Below, piece after piece: positions 13,672-26,779 of a DNA stretch of 64,000 bases; the first letter of the stretch is position 1; every line of letters starts with the position of its first letter. The stretch comes from Vicugna vicugna. Taxonomy: Eukaryota. The position numbers were made by a program, and so were the translations under genes. The notes under the pieces were generated by a model, which was not told the origin of the DNA, did not search any database, and saw only the letters and a list, made by a program, of their open reading frames with translations. The stretch lies in contig MU058337.1 in the NCBI GenBank assembly GCA_013265495.1, positions 684,001-748,000 of the forward strand, in the 5' to 3' direction.

Positions 13672-14814
13672 CCTCATTGCACTCCCCAACTGGGGCAGTC
13701 TCCACGCCAGACAGGTGGTCCCTTCAGATGGGGGAGGCTTTGCTGACTTCTTTGAAACTGAAGTGACCTTCCTTTGCGTATGCTATTGTTAACTTGGGAG
13801 GCATCTGTGTCTGCTTCATGTTATCAGATAAATTAAGAATGTGTTATTAATAGCTGTGCAGGATATGCCCCAAGTGGCCCCAGCTCCTCCAGTTCTAGAC
13901 TTAACAGGCAGCTTTCAAATAACTCACTGTAAGAATGGAGTGATCAACAGGGCAGAATTAAACTTTAAAATTTGGAGTTCATTATCAAGGATGTCTTTTA
14001 ATCAGGAGTTCTTCTCCTTTTAAGTTCTGTGATTTAAAGTAACACAAAAAGTAACTCACAGGTTATCAGCAGTAGTCCACACGGAATTCTATTTCTAAAT
14101 GACAGGCTGACTCTGAAGAGCTAGAGCCTGTCCTGTGCTTAGGGTCACCTTTTTAGTCCGGACTCCTGGGCACAGCACTTCACAAAATACAAAGTTTCCT
14201 GAAAGATCGTTTAATAAACAGTTGAATCTCCTGTGCTATCTCAGTTACACTATAGCTTTCCTTTGAACTATTTAACATAGCCTGACTTTAAAATAATTCT
14301 CCAGGATACGATTTCTTCCTGTGACTAATCAACTTCTTATGTGAAGAGCTTTATTTGCACTTAAACAGGATTGAATAAAGGTAGATGTATACCGTGTTCA
14401 GTAAATATGCCTCATGGGAAAAGTAATTTATATGAAACAATTAACTCTATAACCCAGGACTCAAATGTAAACGATTGGCAAAGGAAACATCTGATTAATC
14501 ATTTTAAACAAAAATATAATTTGGGGAAGGAACACAATACTAACTGCATCATCAATATGGTAAAAAAGCTATTTGTGTGAATTTTATTGTATAACAAATA
14601 AAGAGTAATCTTTAAAAATATTTTTTTCATGTAACAGAATACAGGTCTATATATTCATATTATTTCTTCACAATTTAATCTCTGGACTCAAGATATCATA
14701 GTCCTTATGTGAGAATCTGTATATCTGTGTAAACAATGAACATTAAAATTTCCCACACATAATCAAATAAAAAGGAAAATAACAAAATTAATTTATAGTA
14801 TAGCTGATATCACT

Positions 14815-15952
14815 TTTAAGATTTTAAGAGAGTGGTATTAAGAAAATGAAAGAAGCAAGGCATAGACTGAGAGAAATAGTTATAAAACACATATCTGATA
14901 CAGAACTTGTATCCAAAATATACAAAGAACTCTAAGAAAGTAAACAGCTCGATTAAAAAACTAAGCAAAAAGATTTGAACAGATTTTTCAGCAAAGAAGA
15001 TATTCAGAGGGCAAAGAAGCACATGGAAAGATGTTCAACATAGTATGTCATTAGGGAACTGAAAATTAAAACAAGATACCACTACATACCTATTAGAATG
15101 GCTAAAATCCAAAATACTGACAACACTAAATGTTGGCATGGATGTGGAAAACAGGAACTCTTATTCATTGCTGGTGGGAATGCAAAATGGTGCAGCTACT
15201 TTGGAAGACAGTTTGGCAGTCTTACAAAACTAAACATACATTTACCATATGATCCAGCAATCACTCTCCCTGGTATTTACCCAAATGAGTCGAAAACATA
15301 TCCACACAAAAACCTGCACATGAATGTTTATAGCAGACTTATTCATAATTACTAAAACTTGGAAGCAACCAAGTTGTCCAACAGTAGGTAAATGGATAAG
15401 CAAACTTTGGTACATTCATACAATGGGATATTACTTACTGCTAAAAAGACATGAGCTGTCAGATCACAAGAAGACATGGGTGAGCATTAAATACATACCA
15501 CTGAGTGAAAGAAGCCAGTCTGAAAATATTATCTACTGCCTGGTTCCAGCTATATGACCTTCTGGAAAAGGCAAAACTATGGAGACAGTAAAAAGATCAG
15601 TGGTTGCCAAGGGTTGTTTTTTGTTTTTGTTTTTGTTTTTGAAGGTTGAGTGGAGGAATAGGTGGAACACAGGGGATGTTTAGGACTGAAATTTTTCTGT
15701 ATGACACTAATGCTGGATACGAGCCACTCTATACTTACAAAAACCCACAGAAAGTACAGGATGAACCCTAATGTAAACTTGAGACTTTAGTTAATTATAA
15801 TATAGCGTATTGGTTCATCAGTATTAAAAATATACTCAAGCAATTTGTTAATAAAAGGGGACAGCTTGCAGGGGAGGCATGTGGGACTCTGTACCCTCTA
15901 CTCGATTCTTCAGTAAATCTACAACTCCAAAAAGTAGTCTATTAATTAAAAA
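14815..15952 (+). mobile_element. L1 3' portion (ORF2 C-terminus plus 3'UTR, L1MC-like)
   Basis: Broken ORF2 C-terminal peptides (KCWHGCGKQELLFIAGGNAKW; LPYDPAITLPGIYP; KTWKQPSCPTVGKWISKLWYIHTMGYY). 3'UTR motif 'gaaccctaatgtaaact' and 'gggactctgtaccctctactc'. Confidence 0.9.
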
Positions 15953-16799
15953 ACCATGCTGGTCATTTTTATCATTAATAACTTGGTCTAATACACACAA
16001 TTTAGAAAAGTAATTATAGTCCATAAGCATCAAGTAAATTTTACAGTAGCACTTCTAATTTACTGAGCTCAGTTTCTAAATCTATTCCTAGATAGATGGG
16101 TTTTTAAGTAACTTTTTTTAATGTGTGATAAAGCTCGATGACATAAAATTTAGAGAATAGAGAGTATTTAATGCCATTGTTTGCATCATGTAATACCTGC
16201 TACACGTCCGTGTATAAATATCCCTCAGCTTTATTTAAATTAATCCCTTTTTATATGTTTCCTCGCTTTTGGCCAATTTAACTCAGAGCTAGCAATAAGT
16301 TGCTCAGGACAGAGAAGCTGTCCCTGGTGGAGCCTTCTGACCCTAAAGTCCATATTTCTACTGTAGTGAAAGGTAGTTTGTTTTAAACAGTATCTCTCTT
16401 ATGTTAAGTTATTAAAGCTTTCATGGAGGTGCGTTAAGTTTACAATTCTGCTTGTGTAGATGCAACCTTTACCTCCATTAGCAGAGGAAGTGTTGTAAGC
16501 TTAGCAATATACCATGGAAAGCTATGTGACAAATTAGCTAGGTTGCATGTATTCTATTTTAATTAAGTGGAATGTTTTTAGTAAAAAGGTAACATATGGC
16601 AAAAAAATTGCGTTGAAGAACAAGTAATTTAAAAAAGCAAATCTCTCAGCTTGGGTGAGAGGTGAGTCTGTTCAGTTTCCTGTACACTTTTCAGGGCTCA
16701 TCTTAGTCCTTTCACTGCTTTCCTTTTGTTTGTTCCCGTTTACCGGGGATTGTCCGTATTATCACGTATCAGGTTGCCTCAGATCTCACAGGGACTCAC

Positions 16800-17010
16800 T
16801 GAATACATTTTACGTAGTTTAACCAGTCCCTGTTGATGCGTTTTTAGGATATTTCCAAAGTTGTGATGTATTAATAAGTTACAGTGGGCATCCTAGTATA
16901 TATGTCTCTGTCCACAAGCTGCTGAGTAAATTCCTGTAAGTGGAAATGCTTGGTCAATGTTTGAGTCCATTTACATTTTTGATAGGTATTGCCAAGTCAT
17001 TAAAGAGATT
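16800..17010 (-). mobile_element. Very old L1 (L1ME-like) fragment
   Basis: 'tttaaccagtccctgttgatg', 'gagtaaattcctgtaagtggaaatgcttggtcaa' and 'tttgataggtattgccaa' resemble the antisense L1 ORF2 3' region. Confidence 0.45.
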
Positions 17011-17211
17011 ATATAAATATATAGCACTGGTCCTAGAAGAATAAAAATGTCACTCTACATTTTTAACTACGAAGTCCATTGAGATTCAAATTAATGCATT
17101 CATGAATGGATACCATGAATTTTACTGACAAGGGCTTAAGATAGCTGTCAATATAAAAAGATTTATATTATATCATGGTTAAATAAAGCTAAATGTAGGA
17201 CACTCAAATTG

Positions 17212-17247
17212 ATATATATATATAGAGAGAGAGAGACAGAGAGAGAG
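17212..17247. repeat. Compound (AT)n(AG)n microsatellite
   Basis: Read directly. Confidence 0.9.
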
Positions 17248-19934
17248 TATTACTTTATATTGGAAATCAAATGAGCATTACATTGATAGAGAAATAATTC
17301 ACATAAGAAGAAAAAACGTTTTACTCAGTAATTAGGTATAAGGAAATAATCCAGGTCACCTGACCGACAAGTCATTGGGCATTTAACTGTGAATGACACA
17401 GTACAACATGAAAAGCAACAGAAGAGGCGAAGATCTCTTCAAATAATTTATTTTACAGGATTAGCTTTTTGATGGTGGGAAAGACAATTCTATCTCATGC
17501 TACTTTATTTTAACTACATCATTAGGAAAATACTCCTGCTATTATTTTAGAAATTGGAAAGATTCTTCTCCATCTACACCTTTTTTGTTACTCCCCCCCA
17601 AGTAGCTGGCTGTTATCCAGGGAGCCTGTGTGAAGGGGAACCAGGGAGGGAATGCCAGTGCTTTCCATTTATAAAGTAAAACTATCCCCAGTTGTGATGG
17701 GATAGCTTGTAGCTGACCACTGCTTCTACTGAGAACAACTAGAAAAGTCAGCTGAAGTTTATGAAAAATGTCTGAGAGGATCAGATGTCTGCAGACATAG
17801 CCAAAACCCAAAGGAAGGGCCATTGCCAAGAGAGAAGGGGGACACCACAGTGAGCCCGTTTGCCGCATTTCCTTTTCTGGTCCCTGATATGAGGCAGGAG
17901 AGGAAGAGCCGAGGAGGAGAGCGGCTGCTGAGACAGAGAGAGCGAGCCCTAGTGCTTTCTGCAGCCTCTTGAAACCTGGGGAACCAGAGCTGGGGCTGAA
18001 TTTTGCCATGAGACCCAGAAAAGAGGAACCCAGAAAAGAGACACAAAAAATGAACCCAGCACTCAGTACCAGTTCCTCTTGTGTTATTTGCAAAGAAGCT
18101 CTTAAGGCAAAAGTCTAAGAAGCCAAGCATAAAACAGTTTAGAAGTTAAAAGGTTGTTTGTTTTGTTTTGTTTTTTCTTCCTCTAGCGTTTTCATGGTGC
18201 TCAGGAGAGAGAAATCAGAAATCAGAGCTTGCAAAGAGAAATTGTAGAAAACAAGATAACAGAGAAGAAATACTATTAAATGAGTAAGACAACAGGCTAC
18301 AAGTAGTTATATGGTGGCCATAAACCCAAACATATCAGTGAAACCCATTAAGTTCAGTAAAACATTTTTAAATAGTCAAATATTCCACTTGACAAATAAT
18401 AGCAAATTGGATAAAATATGCAACTGTGTAACATTCAAAGAGAAACAACTTAAAGACAAAAATACAGAAAGATTGAAAGTAAAGATACAGAAACATATAT
18501 GATAAAATTTTAAACAAAACCAGTTTCACTTGACTAACATAAATCAAAATAGATTATATGGCTAAAGAACAATAATTCATACTGATAAAATAATTATTTC
18601 CCCAAAAGATGTAACAATTCTAAATGTGCAAGTAACAATGTTCTAACTTCAAAATATAATTATACTTATAGAACTAAAAGGGGAAAAAAAGAGACAACTT
18701 CATAATCATAGAAGAAAATTTTAACCTCCTTCCCTCAGAAACCAATAGAATAAGCAAAAAAAATTTGGTAGGATTTTGAGGAATTGAACAGCATGATCAA
18801 TGAACTTGGCATAGTTTATACTACCATCCATAATGAAGATGCACCTATTGTTTAAGTTCATGGAAACAGGTACACAATCTCAGCTACTTGCAGAGAAATT
18901 TCATTTTTCAAGATACAAATGTTTTTAACTGAATGATAATGAAAAGCTGATGTATCAAGACTTGTAGGATGCAGACAGGTCTATACTTAGGCTCTCTATG
19001 TAAACAGATGCACACATTGTTTAAAAAGAAAGGTGAAAAATCAATGAACTAAATATCCAACTCAGAAGTCAGAGAAAAAGGTAACAAATATACGAGCTGA
19101 TATTAATTCATTTGAATATAGGTGATGATATGTAGGCAGAGACTCTCTAAACAGAGTTCTTGGAGAGATTCATACAATTGACAGACGCCTGGGGAACCTG
19201 GTCAGTATGCAGAGTGAGAGGAAAAGTTACTAATATGAAGAAAAAAAAGCATGGAGCATCACAACAAATCCTACAGATGTTTAAAAGTTCGTAAGAAATT
19301 GTCAAAAGCAACTTACAGCAATATTTGAAAAATCAAGTAAAATGGGAAGATTTCTAGAAAAATGCAACCTGTTGAGACCGACACGCACAAATTAAAAGAC
19401 AAAGAGAAAATAGAAAAAGCGAAAATTCCAAATCCACTAAGGAAATAAAGCCTACAATAATTTAAAAAATCCAACTTCCTTATAGGAAACACTCAGCTGA
19501 TACGGCTGCATTAGTGAACTTTTCTGATCATTTACAGACAAAACAATACTAGTTCTGTTTAAACCCTTTCAGAGAACAGAGAAACAGGTAGCACACCCAA
19601 ATTTTTGAGTTTAGCATGGCCTTGATAAGAAAACCTGTCAAGGATATTGTAAGGAAGAAAAATTACAGACTAATCTGTTTTGTAAACATTAATGCAAAAC
19701 TTCTAAACAAAACATATATTAAAAAATTTAATCCAAGTTGAGCTTGTTCTTGAGTAATGTAAGCTCGGTTTATCATCAAAAATCAAGCAGTGTCACTTAT
19801 TAAAAAATAAATGAGAAAAATCACATGATCATCTTAATAAATACAGAATTTAAAAAATTAAATTGAACACCCACTTACTGTTTTAAACATTGATAGCAAA
19901 ATAAGTATGGGAGGGGAATTCTTTAGGACATCTA

Positions 19935-20176
19935 GAGGGTGGGAAAGGATAGACTGGGATTTCAAAATTGTAGAATAGATAAACAAGATTACATTGTATA
20001 GCACAGGGAAATATACACAAAATGTTACGATAACTTACAGAGAAAAAAATGTGGCAATGAGTGTGTATATGTCCATGAATGACTGAAAAATTGTGCTGAA
20101 CACTGGAATTTGACACAACACTGTAAAATGATTATGAATCAATAAAAAATGTAAAATAAATAAATAAATAAATAAA
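19935..20176 (+). mobile_element. Young camelid-type L1 3' end nested in the older L1
   Basis: 'gagggtgggaaaggatagactgggatttcaaaattgtagaatagataaacaagatt...ctggaatttgacacaacactgtaaaatg...aataaaaa' with a (TAAA)n tail. Host L1 sequence continues on both sides (ggacatcta | ...cctacagcaaa). Confidence 0.9.
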
Positions 20177-21168
20177 GCAAAGCCAAACAAACAAACAAGC
20201 AAATCCCTACAGCAAATACCCAAATGAAGTGGTAAAGTTCTGGAATCTTTTCACCTGCTGTAAAAATCTAGACAAAGATACAGGCTATCCAAGTATTTTA
20301 AACTGGTCTCAGCTGGTCCTGCATGGCAAGAAAACTGTGAATGGTACAAGAATTGGAAAAAGAGAAATGAATATAAAACACTACCAAACAATTTGAGAAG
20401 GGATTTTAGAAGAATTTCATTTAAAATAGCTTCAAAAAAACCAACAAGCATGCAGGAAAATGTATAAGGAAGAGTTTATAAGATCCATAAAGGACTTATA
20501 TTGCCGGATATAAATACTTATATAAGATTATATAGAAATTAAAAGGGTGGCATTGGTGCAAGTTTAGACAGTGGACGGAGGAGATGACATAGAACTCAAG
20601 ATGCAGACCCACCAGCTGTGCTCATCTGACTTACGATAAACTTTTCACTCCGCCATCGTGAAGAAGGGATAGCTTCCAATAAATGGCGCTGGGCCAGCTG
20701 ACTATCCACTGAACAAAATAAGAAGAGTCTATCCCTTATCCGATGCAGACACCAAACCAGATGGTTGTGGATCTAAACGTGAGAAGTACAGCAGTGGAAG
20801 TTCTGGAAGATGACCTGGGGGAACATCTTCATAGTCCTGGCGTAGGCAGGGGGACCTTGAACAGCGTACAAACACAGCTCATCACAGAAGAGGACTGGTG
20901 AACAGACTGCATGCAAACTAACGACATCTGTTTACCAGAGACATGATTAAGAGACTCGAAAACGATTTCCAACACAGGTATCTGACGAGGATCCAATATC
21001 CAGAATATGTAAGCAGCTTCTACAGACTAGTATGAAAAACACAAAAATGCCTTAGAAAAATAACAATAACTAAGACCCCCACAAAACTGAGCAGGCACTT
21101 CACAATAGAGGCCATTCTGGCGGCTCATGAACCTCTGAAGGGGAAATGTGCTCAACTTCTTTAGTCAT

Positions 21169-21662
21169 TGGATCAGTTTTCTATTGTTGCTCTAACAGAT
21201 TGCCACAAATTTGATGGCTCAAAACAACAAAAATGTATTATCTTACAGTTCTGTAGTTGAGAAGTTCAACATGGGTCCCGTTGGGCTAAAATCCAGCTGT
21301 CAGCAGGGCTGCGTTCCCTTCTGGAAACTTTAGGGGAAAATCCATTTCTTTACCTTTTCTTGCTGTTCAAGGCTACCTGCATTTTTTTTTAATTAAAAAA
21401 TTGTTTTGAGAGAGGAGGTAATTAGGTTTATTTATTTTTTAATGGAGGTACTGGGGATTGAACCCAGGACCTGTGCATGCTGAGCACGGGCTCTGTCACT
21501 GAGCTGTACCCTCCCCGAGGGCTGCCTGCATTCCTCACACAGGCTCATGACCCGTGCTCCACCCTCAGAGCCAGCAGCACAGCCTTCCTCTGACTCCATT
21601 TTCGTCATCATGTCTCTTCTCTGACAGTGTCTCCTGCCCTCTTACACTTTTAAGGACACTGT
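21169..21662 (-). mobile_element. MaLR LTR, MLT1D-like, truncated and split by a SINE
   Basis: 'ccacaaatttgatggctcaaaacaacaaaaatgtattatcttacagttctg...gggctaaaatc...cagggctgcgttcccttctgg' matches the antisense of the MLT1 3' end as I recall it. Confidence 0.85.
21384..21516 (-). mobile_element. tRNA-derived SINE, vic-1-like (camelid)
   Basis: Reverse complement begins ggggagggtacagctcagtg (A box), contains ggttcaatccc (B box) and ends in an A-rich tail. TSD ggctacctgcatt (21371-21383) / ggctgcctgcatt (21520-21532), 12/13 identical. Confidence 0.9.
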
Positions 21663-22139
21663 GTCAAATAAACCAACGAGACTGAATGATCTCTCACTAT
21701 AGGCAATGACAGTAATACATAACAGAACACAGAGCTCATGATTCTGGTTCTGTAAAGTCAAAATCAAGCAAAACCAACGTAGGATGTTAGACTCTTGGGT
21801 GAGTGGTCACTTTCGCTGGAAGAACAGGATGGGCAGGGGTAGGACTGATCTGGGTGATGGTTCTAGAAGTATGTTTATATATGTTAAAATTCAGTAACAA
21901 AAGAGACTTACTTTAAAAAGGAACACTTACACAGGAAAATCCTTTGTAAGACAATATTTTGACGTATGAACAGTCTCCTCAGACTACTGGGAGATGTCAT
22001 TGTTTGCAACTTAAATATAAGCACATACATAACTTTAAATATCTTTTCAAACACTATTTCTTTCTGGCCCATCGTGCTAAGGTGAGCCAGGAAAACTGTC
22101 CGTAAGCTCAGTGCTCGGTGTTTGGGTACAAGAGGCACA

Positions 22140-22330
22140 TGTTCTAAAGTTAATTAGACTTTCAGATCCAGTCCCTGGCATTTACTGGCCGTTGAGCTTT
22201 GACAAATTCTTTGACTTCCGTTTCCGTGTTCATCGGCAGAGGGAGGTAACACCACCCGCGGCGGGCCATGGTGAGAGCTGGAAATAAGCCAGAGCGGTTC
22301 CGTTTATGGCAGGAGCGCCCACACAGCTGT
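22140..22330 (+). mobile_element. MIR SINE, GC-shifted
   Basis: 'catttactggccgttgagctttgacaaattctttgacttccgtttcc...' follows the MIR core layout but with many G/C substitutions. Confidence 0.55.
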
Positions 22331-22756
22331 GGAAACCTGCCACTGAAAACTCATCTGAAGTTTGGTGGCTGGAGGCGTTTCCGTCTCCTGGCTGAACTTC
22401 CCTGTCTTCCTTAGTGTGAAATCCGCAGCGTGCCATCCTGCGGCGCTCAGGCCCGGGCGCCCCTGGACGGGATGCAGGAAGTGAAGTACCAGCAGGTCCA
22501 AGGCTGCCGAGCGAGCAGGCAAGGCCCGGAGGGCCTTGGTGATGAGATTGAAATGCTTTGTAGCAACAGGCGTCATACTACGTTCTCTGTGCTTCTCAAG
22601 ACCGCTTCCCTTTTAAAATTGAATCTTTTTTTCTCATAAGATGTTATTATATTAAAATTTGGAAATAGGAAATAAAATCATAGAGAAGAACATAAAATTA
22701 CTCATTTTCCTAACACCCCCCTTTATTGATTCCCTTTCTGCAAATAACCGTCCTTT

Positions 22757-23025
22757 ATTTTTTCCCAGCTTTATGGAGGTATAATTGACACATAATGACC
22801 GTATGTACATTTAAGGTGGTGGTTTGGTATTTGTATATGTTGTGATCACTGAAATCAAGCAGATTAGCACATCCATCACCTCACATAGGCACTTTTCTTG
22901 CGGGTGTGGTGAGAACACCAGATACCTAGTCTCTCAGCGGATTTCCAGTGTACGCTACATTCTTATTCACTGTAGTCACCAGATTTTAAATTGTCTTCAC
23001 GTCCTTCCATTCTCCCCGGCCCCAC
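22757..23025 (-). mobile_element. L1 3' end (L1MA-like)
   Basis: 'ttttcccagctttatggaggtataattgaca...tagcacatccatcacctcacatag...gtggtgagaaca' is a typical antisense L1MA 3'UTR. Confidence 0.8.
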
Positions 23026-24147
23026 ACACACTACACATGGGAATTTCTGTATCCTGAGTTTTCCTTATCTCCTTCTGTTGGAAGCCTTCCCTATAACTTG
23101 CACGTCCTCTGACAACATAAGCCTGAATCACTATGTCATACACCACTTTTGATGGGAACAGTTGATCAGACCAGCCTGCTGGTTTGTTAACCTCCTGCTT
23201 TTTCACTTATGCTAGCACTTGAGTTAACCCTTTCTTTTTATTTATGCTAATACTTTGTTCATCAAGCTTTCATCTCTAGTGTCAGTCAGTTGGTCGCCTC
23301 ACCTGTGATGGAGCCCCTGAGCCAACAGGCAGCTGTGACACATGCCGTCTGCTGTCTTAAGCCCTGAGACACTCTCCCTGCTTCCACGCACGTGCTGTGA
23401 CCTTCATAGGTGTGACATCATAAGGGGCAGAAGTACCACATTGGTCCTTTTCCTGAAACACCTGTAATTCAAGAGCAGAACACAATTGCTGTATTTAAGT
23501 CAAGGTAAAGGGGCTTCCGGGTTAAACAAAGTAAAACGTTAGGAGAACAGTGAAACAGGTGGAGCCTCCCTTACTGCTGAACGCCACGGTACGGCTGCGT
23601 TAAATGTGGCGGCCTCTTTCCCCTCTGCATTGGCGTCTTCTGACTTTGGTCTTTGTGGTCTGCTTACCCACACATCCCTCCTTTCACAGAACTCCACACG
23701 TTTCAGAAATAAGTCAGTAAATAAGAATTCATCTAGGACAGAAATCACATATTTTCAGATGTGTGTTGATATTCATAGATGAATGTTACAAATTGGTTGT
23801 TGTGAAGGAGCAAAACGGATGATTTCAGTTCAGCCACATGCAGTGTGTATAATGATCACTACCTTATACTCTGGGCATATAAAGTCTAGTTCTTATTTAT
23901 GAGAAACTGAAAATCTTCCATGTCTAGTACAGTGCCAGGCACGTGGTATTTGCTTAATAAATAGGTGTTGCATAAATGCATAAATGCTGACTTCAACGAA
24001 CATTTTTTTTTATTGTGCCGACATAGCCAGTGTTTCAGCTCAGTTAACTGCGTCATAAGTAAGTGAAACCCAACCTTTAGTTTCAGTGAAAACCCAGCTC
24101 CATGAGTTGTGACAGCCACTTCCCACCAGCTCTGATGAGTGTTTAAA

Positions 24148-24460
24148 AGCGGTGCTTCTCAGCTTTCACTGCGCATAAAAATCACAGGATGTTGTTGATC
24201 CTGATCCATAGTTCAGGGAGATTCTGCGTCTCTAGACGCGCCCAGGCGGTGCTGATGCGCCTGGCCCGAGGACCTCTCCTGGCCTGAGCCGGTGTCTGTC
24301 GCTCTCGGCTGCACGCAGGCACCACCCGGGAAGCTGGAAAAGCTGATTCCGAATCCCCCTCCCGAGATACTGGGATCCGGCTGGACTGGCATGAGAACTG
24401 TGTGCTGAAGTTTCTGAAGTTCCCTGGTGGTTCTAATATACACAAGTTTAAGAAGCACTG
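24148..24460. mobile_element. Two adjacent hAT-Charlie MITE remnants (MER5A-like plus MER5B-like)
   Basis: First copy: 'cggtgcttctcagc...cccaggcggtgctgatgcgcctggcccgaggacc'. Second copy: 'ggctgcacgcaggcaccacccgggaagct...ttccctggtggttctaat...ttaagaagcactg'. Confidence 0.7.
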
Positions 24461-25469
24461 TGTGGAGAGAACCAGTTCGCAAACCTCTCCAAGGGCGTTC
24501 ATTCTCCGTGGCCCTCTGAGTCGGTCCCAGCCGAAGCCCAGGGTTTGATGGCTGATGGGGTCCCGTCATCCAGGACCTTTCAAAGCTGGGACCGTGCTGT
24601 GCGACTCCTGAGGCAGAGTGGAGAGTGAGGTAGACCCAGCTGCTGGCTATTTTCTGACACTTGAGAAATAGAAGCATCCTTCTGTGTAGAGACTGAAGAA
24701 TGAAACCAAACAAATAAAAATTGAGATATCAGGACCGCCGGCTTTGGTTGCCCTCTTGTGAGATCCAGTGTCACTCCCTGCCTTGAGCCCCACACACTAT
24801 TTCTGCATCTTTAAAAGAAACTCCCCTATCAGATTACCTAGCTGCCATCAGATGGTTCTTGGCTAAGAAGATAACTGACCAGTTTAAGCAACAGGTATGA
24901 AAGTCCCACTGATCATTAAGTTATTATAAATGGGGGGATACATTCACATATTCTTCATAGAAGTGTGCTGCCGAAATATAGCATCTTTGCTGAAAATATA
25001 GGGAGGTGAATGCATGCTGGAAGAAGAGTGCTAAGAAGAGGGGCAGCCCCATCTTTCCTAGTAGCACCTGACTGTTTCCATCCTGTAAAAGTCCTGGACG
25101 ATTCTCAGCTTTTGCTGGAGCCTCACCAAAAAGAACACAAACGTAGGTAAAAATTGTATGAAGAGCAAGGGAGGAGTTTCTGAAACCCATATTTCCCCTC
25201 CTTTGGGCCTCTTCCTTCTCATGCCAGGAGGGGAACTGCATGAACAAATTTCCCTAAGGAAGTCTGTTCATGCCACAGTAGCTGGAGATGACTGGACAAT
25301 TTAAACTGAGGTGCATGAGATTTGGTTCCGTGAATGAGTCTTTAACTATGTACTTATGTTCTTAGCACAAAGATATACAATTTGCAGAGACAAAAATGCT
25401 GCATTTTCATGGTCCCTGCCTTTGAGGAACTTCTAATACAGTTTCTTTGACTTGTGCATCATTTTCTAA

Positions 25470-25691
25470 GTGCTGGTATAAGAGACAGGAACTCAGGATT
25501 TATAGCCTGGTTGTCCATGTGCAGATGGCAGCTCTGCCACCTTCTGTTGTGTGGCCCTGGGCTTCCATTTCTGTATCTGTGAAATGGGAATAAGAGGTGT
25601 CCTCTGATGTGTATTGACAGGATTAAATGATTTCAAATGAAAGGCCTGGAAGAGCCTTTGTCTGTGGGGTAAGTACTCAGTAATTTTTAGC

Positions 25692-25700
<9 letters not shown>
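25470..25700 (+). mobile_element. MIR SINE
   Basis: 'cagctctgccacctt...tttctgtatctgtgaaatgggaataa...ggattaaatga...gtaagtactcagtaatttttagctattatt'. Confidence 0.75.

Positions 25701-25728
<28 letters not shown>
25692..25728. repeat. (TAT)n microsatellite expanded from the MIR tail
   Basis: About 12 perfect TAT units, read directly. Confidence 0.95.
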
Positions 25729-25729
<1 letters not shown>

Positions 25730-26779
25730 TCAGTGTTATTTTTATCCTCAAATCTGTATTTGTTTCCCCAACCAGAATGCTGGCTCTTTAAAGATAGGTT
25801 TTATACCTTTTAACATTTCACATTTTATCGCAGAGCCTCGTACTGGTCTCGGGGTCCAGAAGTAGGCCAATGTCGTTAATTCCTTTGCATTTTTTGAAGT
25901 TCATTCATTATTATTGCTCTCAGGCCTCACAGAGAGTGGTGTGACACATGTGTTAAACCTATCTCTTCCACTACAACACTATTCTTAGGAAAATATTCGC
26001 GCAAATGAAGTCTTTGGAAGAAAAATATTATAGGAATATTTTCACAAATACTGTTTTCTTGCTGATAAGCATTTCCATGAAGTGATCAATCCAACCCAGC
26101 TCTGAGTAACATTTGATCTATAGATTATTGTTGCAGTTTCATATTTATTAATCTCAAATCTTATAACTCCAGACTGATGTGAAATTAATTAAAGATTATG
26201 TGAATGCTGCCAGGGAATATGACTAAAATAGTTTGAATGTCTTCTTACTCTATCATAAGAATACTGTATTAGGATTAATTAAAACCAGATAAGCTGATGC
26301 ATCCTGGAATGCTTCATTTTAAATTATATTCTAAAGTTCCCTGCCTTGACTTTTTAAATACTAAACCATATTTGCACTACTGCGTAAACAAGCCATGTTC
26401 TCATCAGTTTAGCTGTAGGCTATGTCATCTAGGGCAGGTTATAATTTTTATTTTGTTCCTCTGACTAATGCTATGGTTCTTAGTCGTTGAGACATAGAAT
26501 TTATTTATAACCTTCAACACTGTGTAAACTTGTTTTCTTCTTTGGCAGAAGAATCTTCTACTTATAATTTTAAATGACTTCCTTTTCACTCACCAAAGCA
26601 ATGCCATAATAACAAGAAGGCAAGGTAAATTATAAATATTTAAAGCATTAAAGGATTCTAATCCTTCTGAACATAAGCTTTTCCATTCTCTTATCATGCA
26701 TTTGCTTGGATGATGTTTGATTGTAAAGATTGGTCCAAAACCACCATAATATAAAATAAATTAAATGATACTTCTTAAA

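Larger units (their letters stand above)
17710..21900 (+). mobile_element. Long, heavily deleted old L1 (L1M/L1MD/L1ME-like), interrupted by younger elements
   Basis: A-rich sense strand with L1 ORF2 landmarks in order ('acaattctaaatgtg', 'aaatcctacagatgtttaaaag', 'atgcaaaacttctaaacaaa', 'aaaaatcacatgatcatcttaataaatacaga', 'gctcaacttctttagtcat'). A 3'UTR-like piece resumes after the MLT1 at about 21700-21900. Confidence 0.8.

Noticed and set aside
17542..18130. Longest ORF in the track (183 aa, minus strand)
   Set aside because: Largely antisense to an old L1 5' region, with low-complexity L/S/F composition typical of spurious ORFs.
21440..21516. tRNA-like A and B boxes as a tRNA gene
   Set aside because: They form the head of a SINE with an A-rich tail and TSD, and the A box is degenerate.
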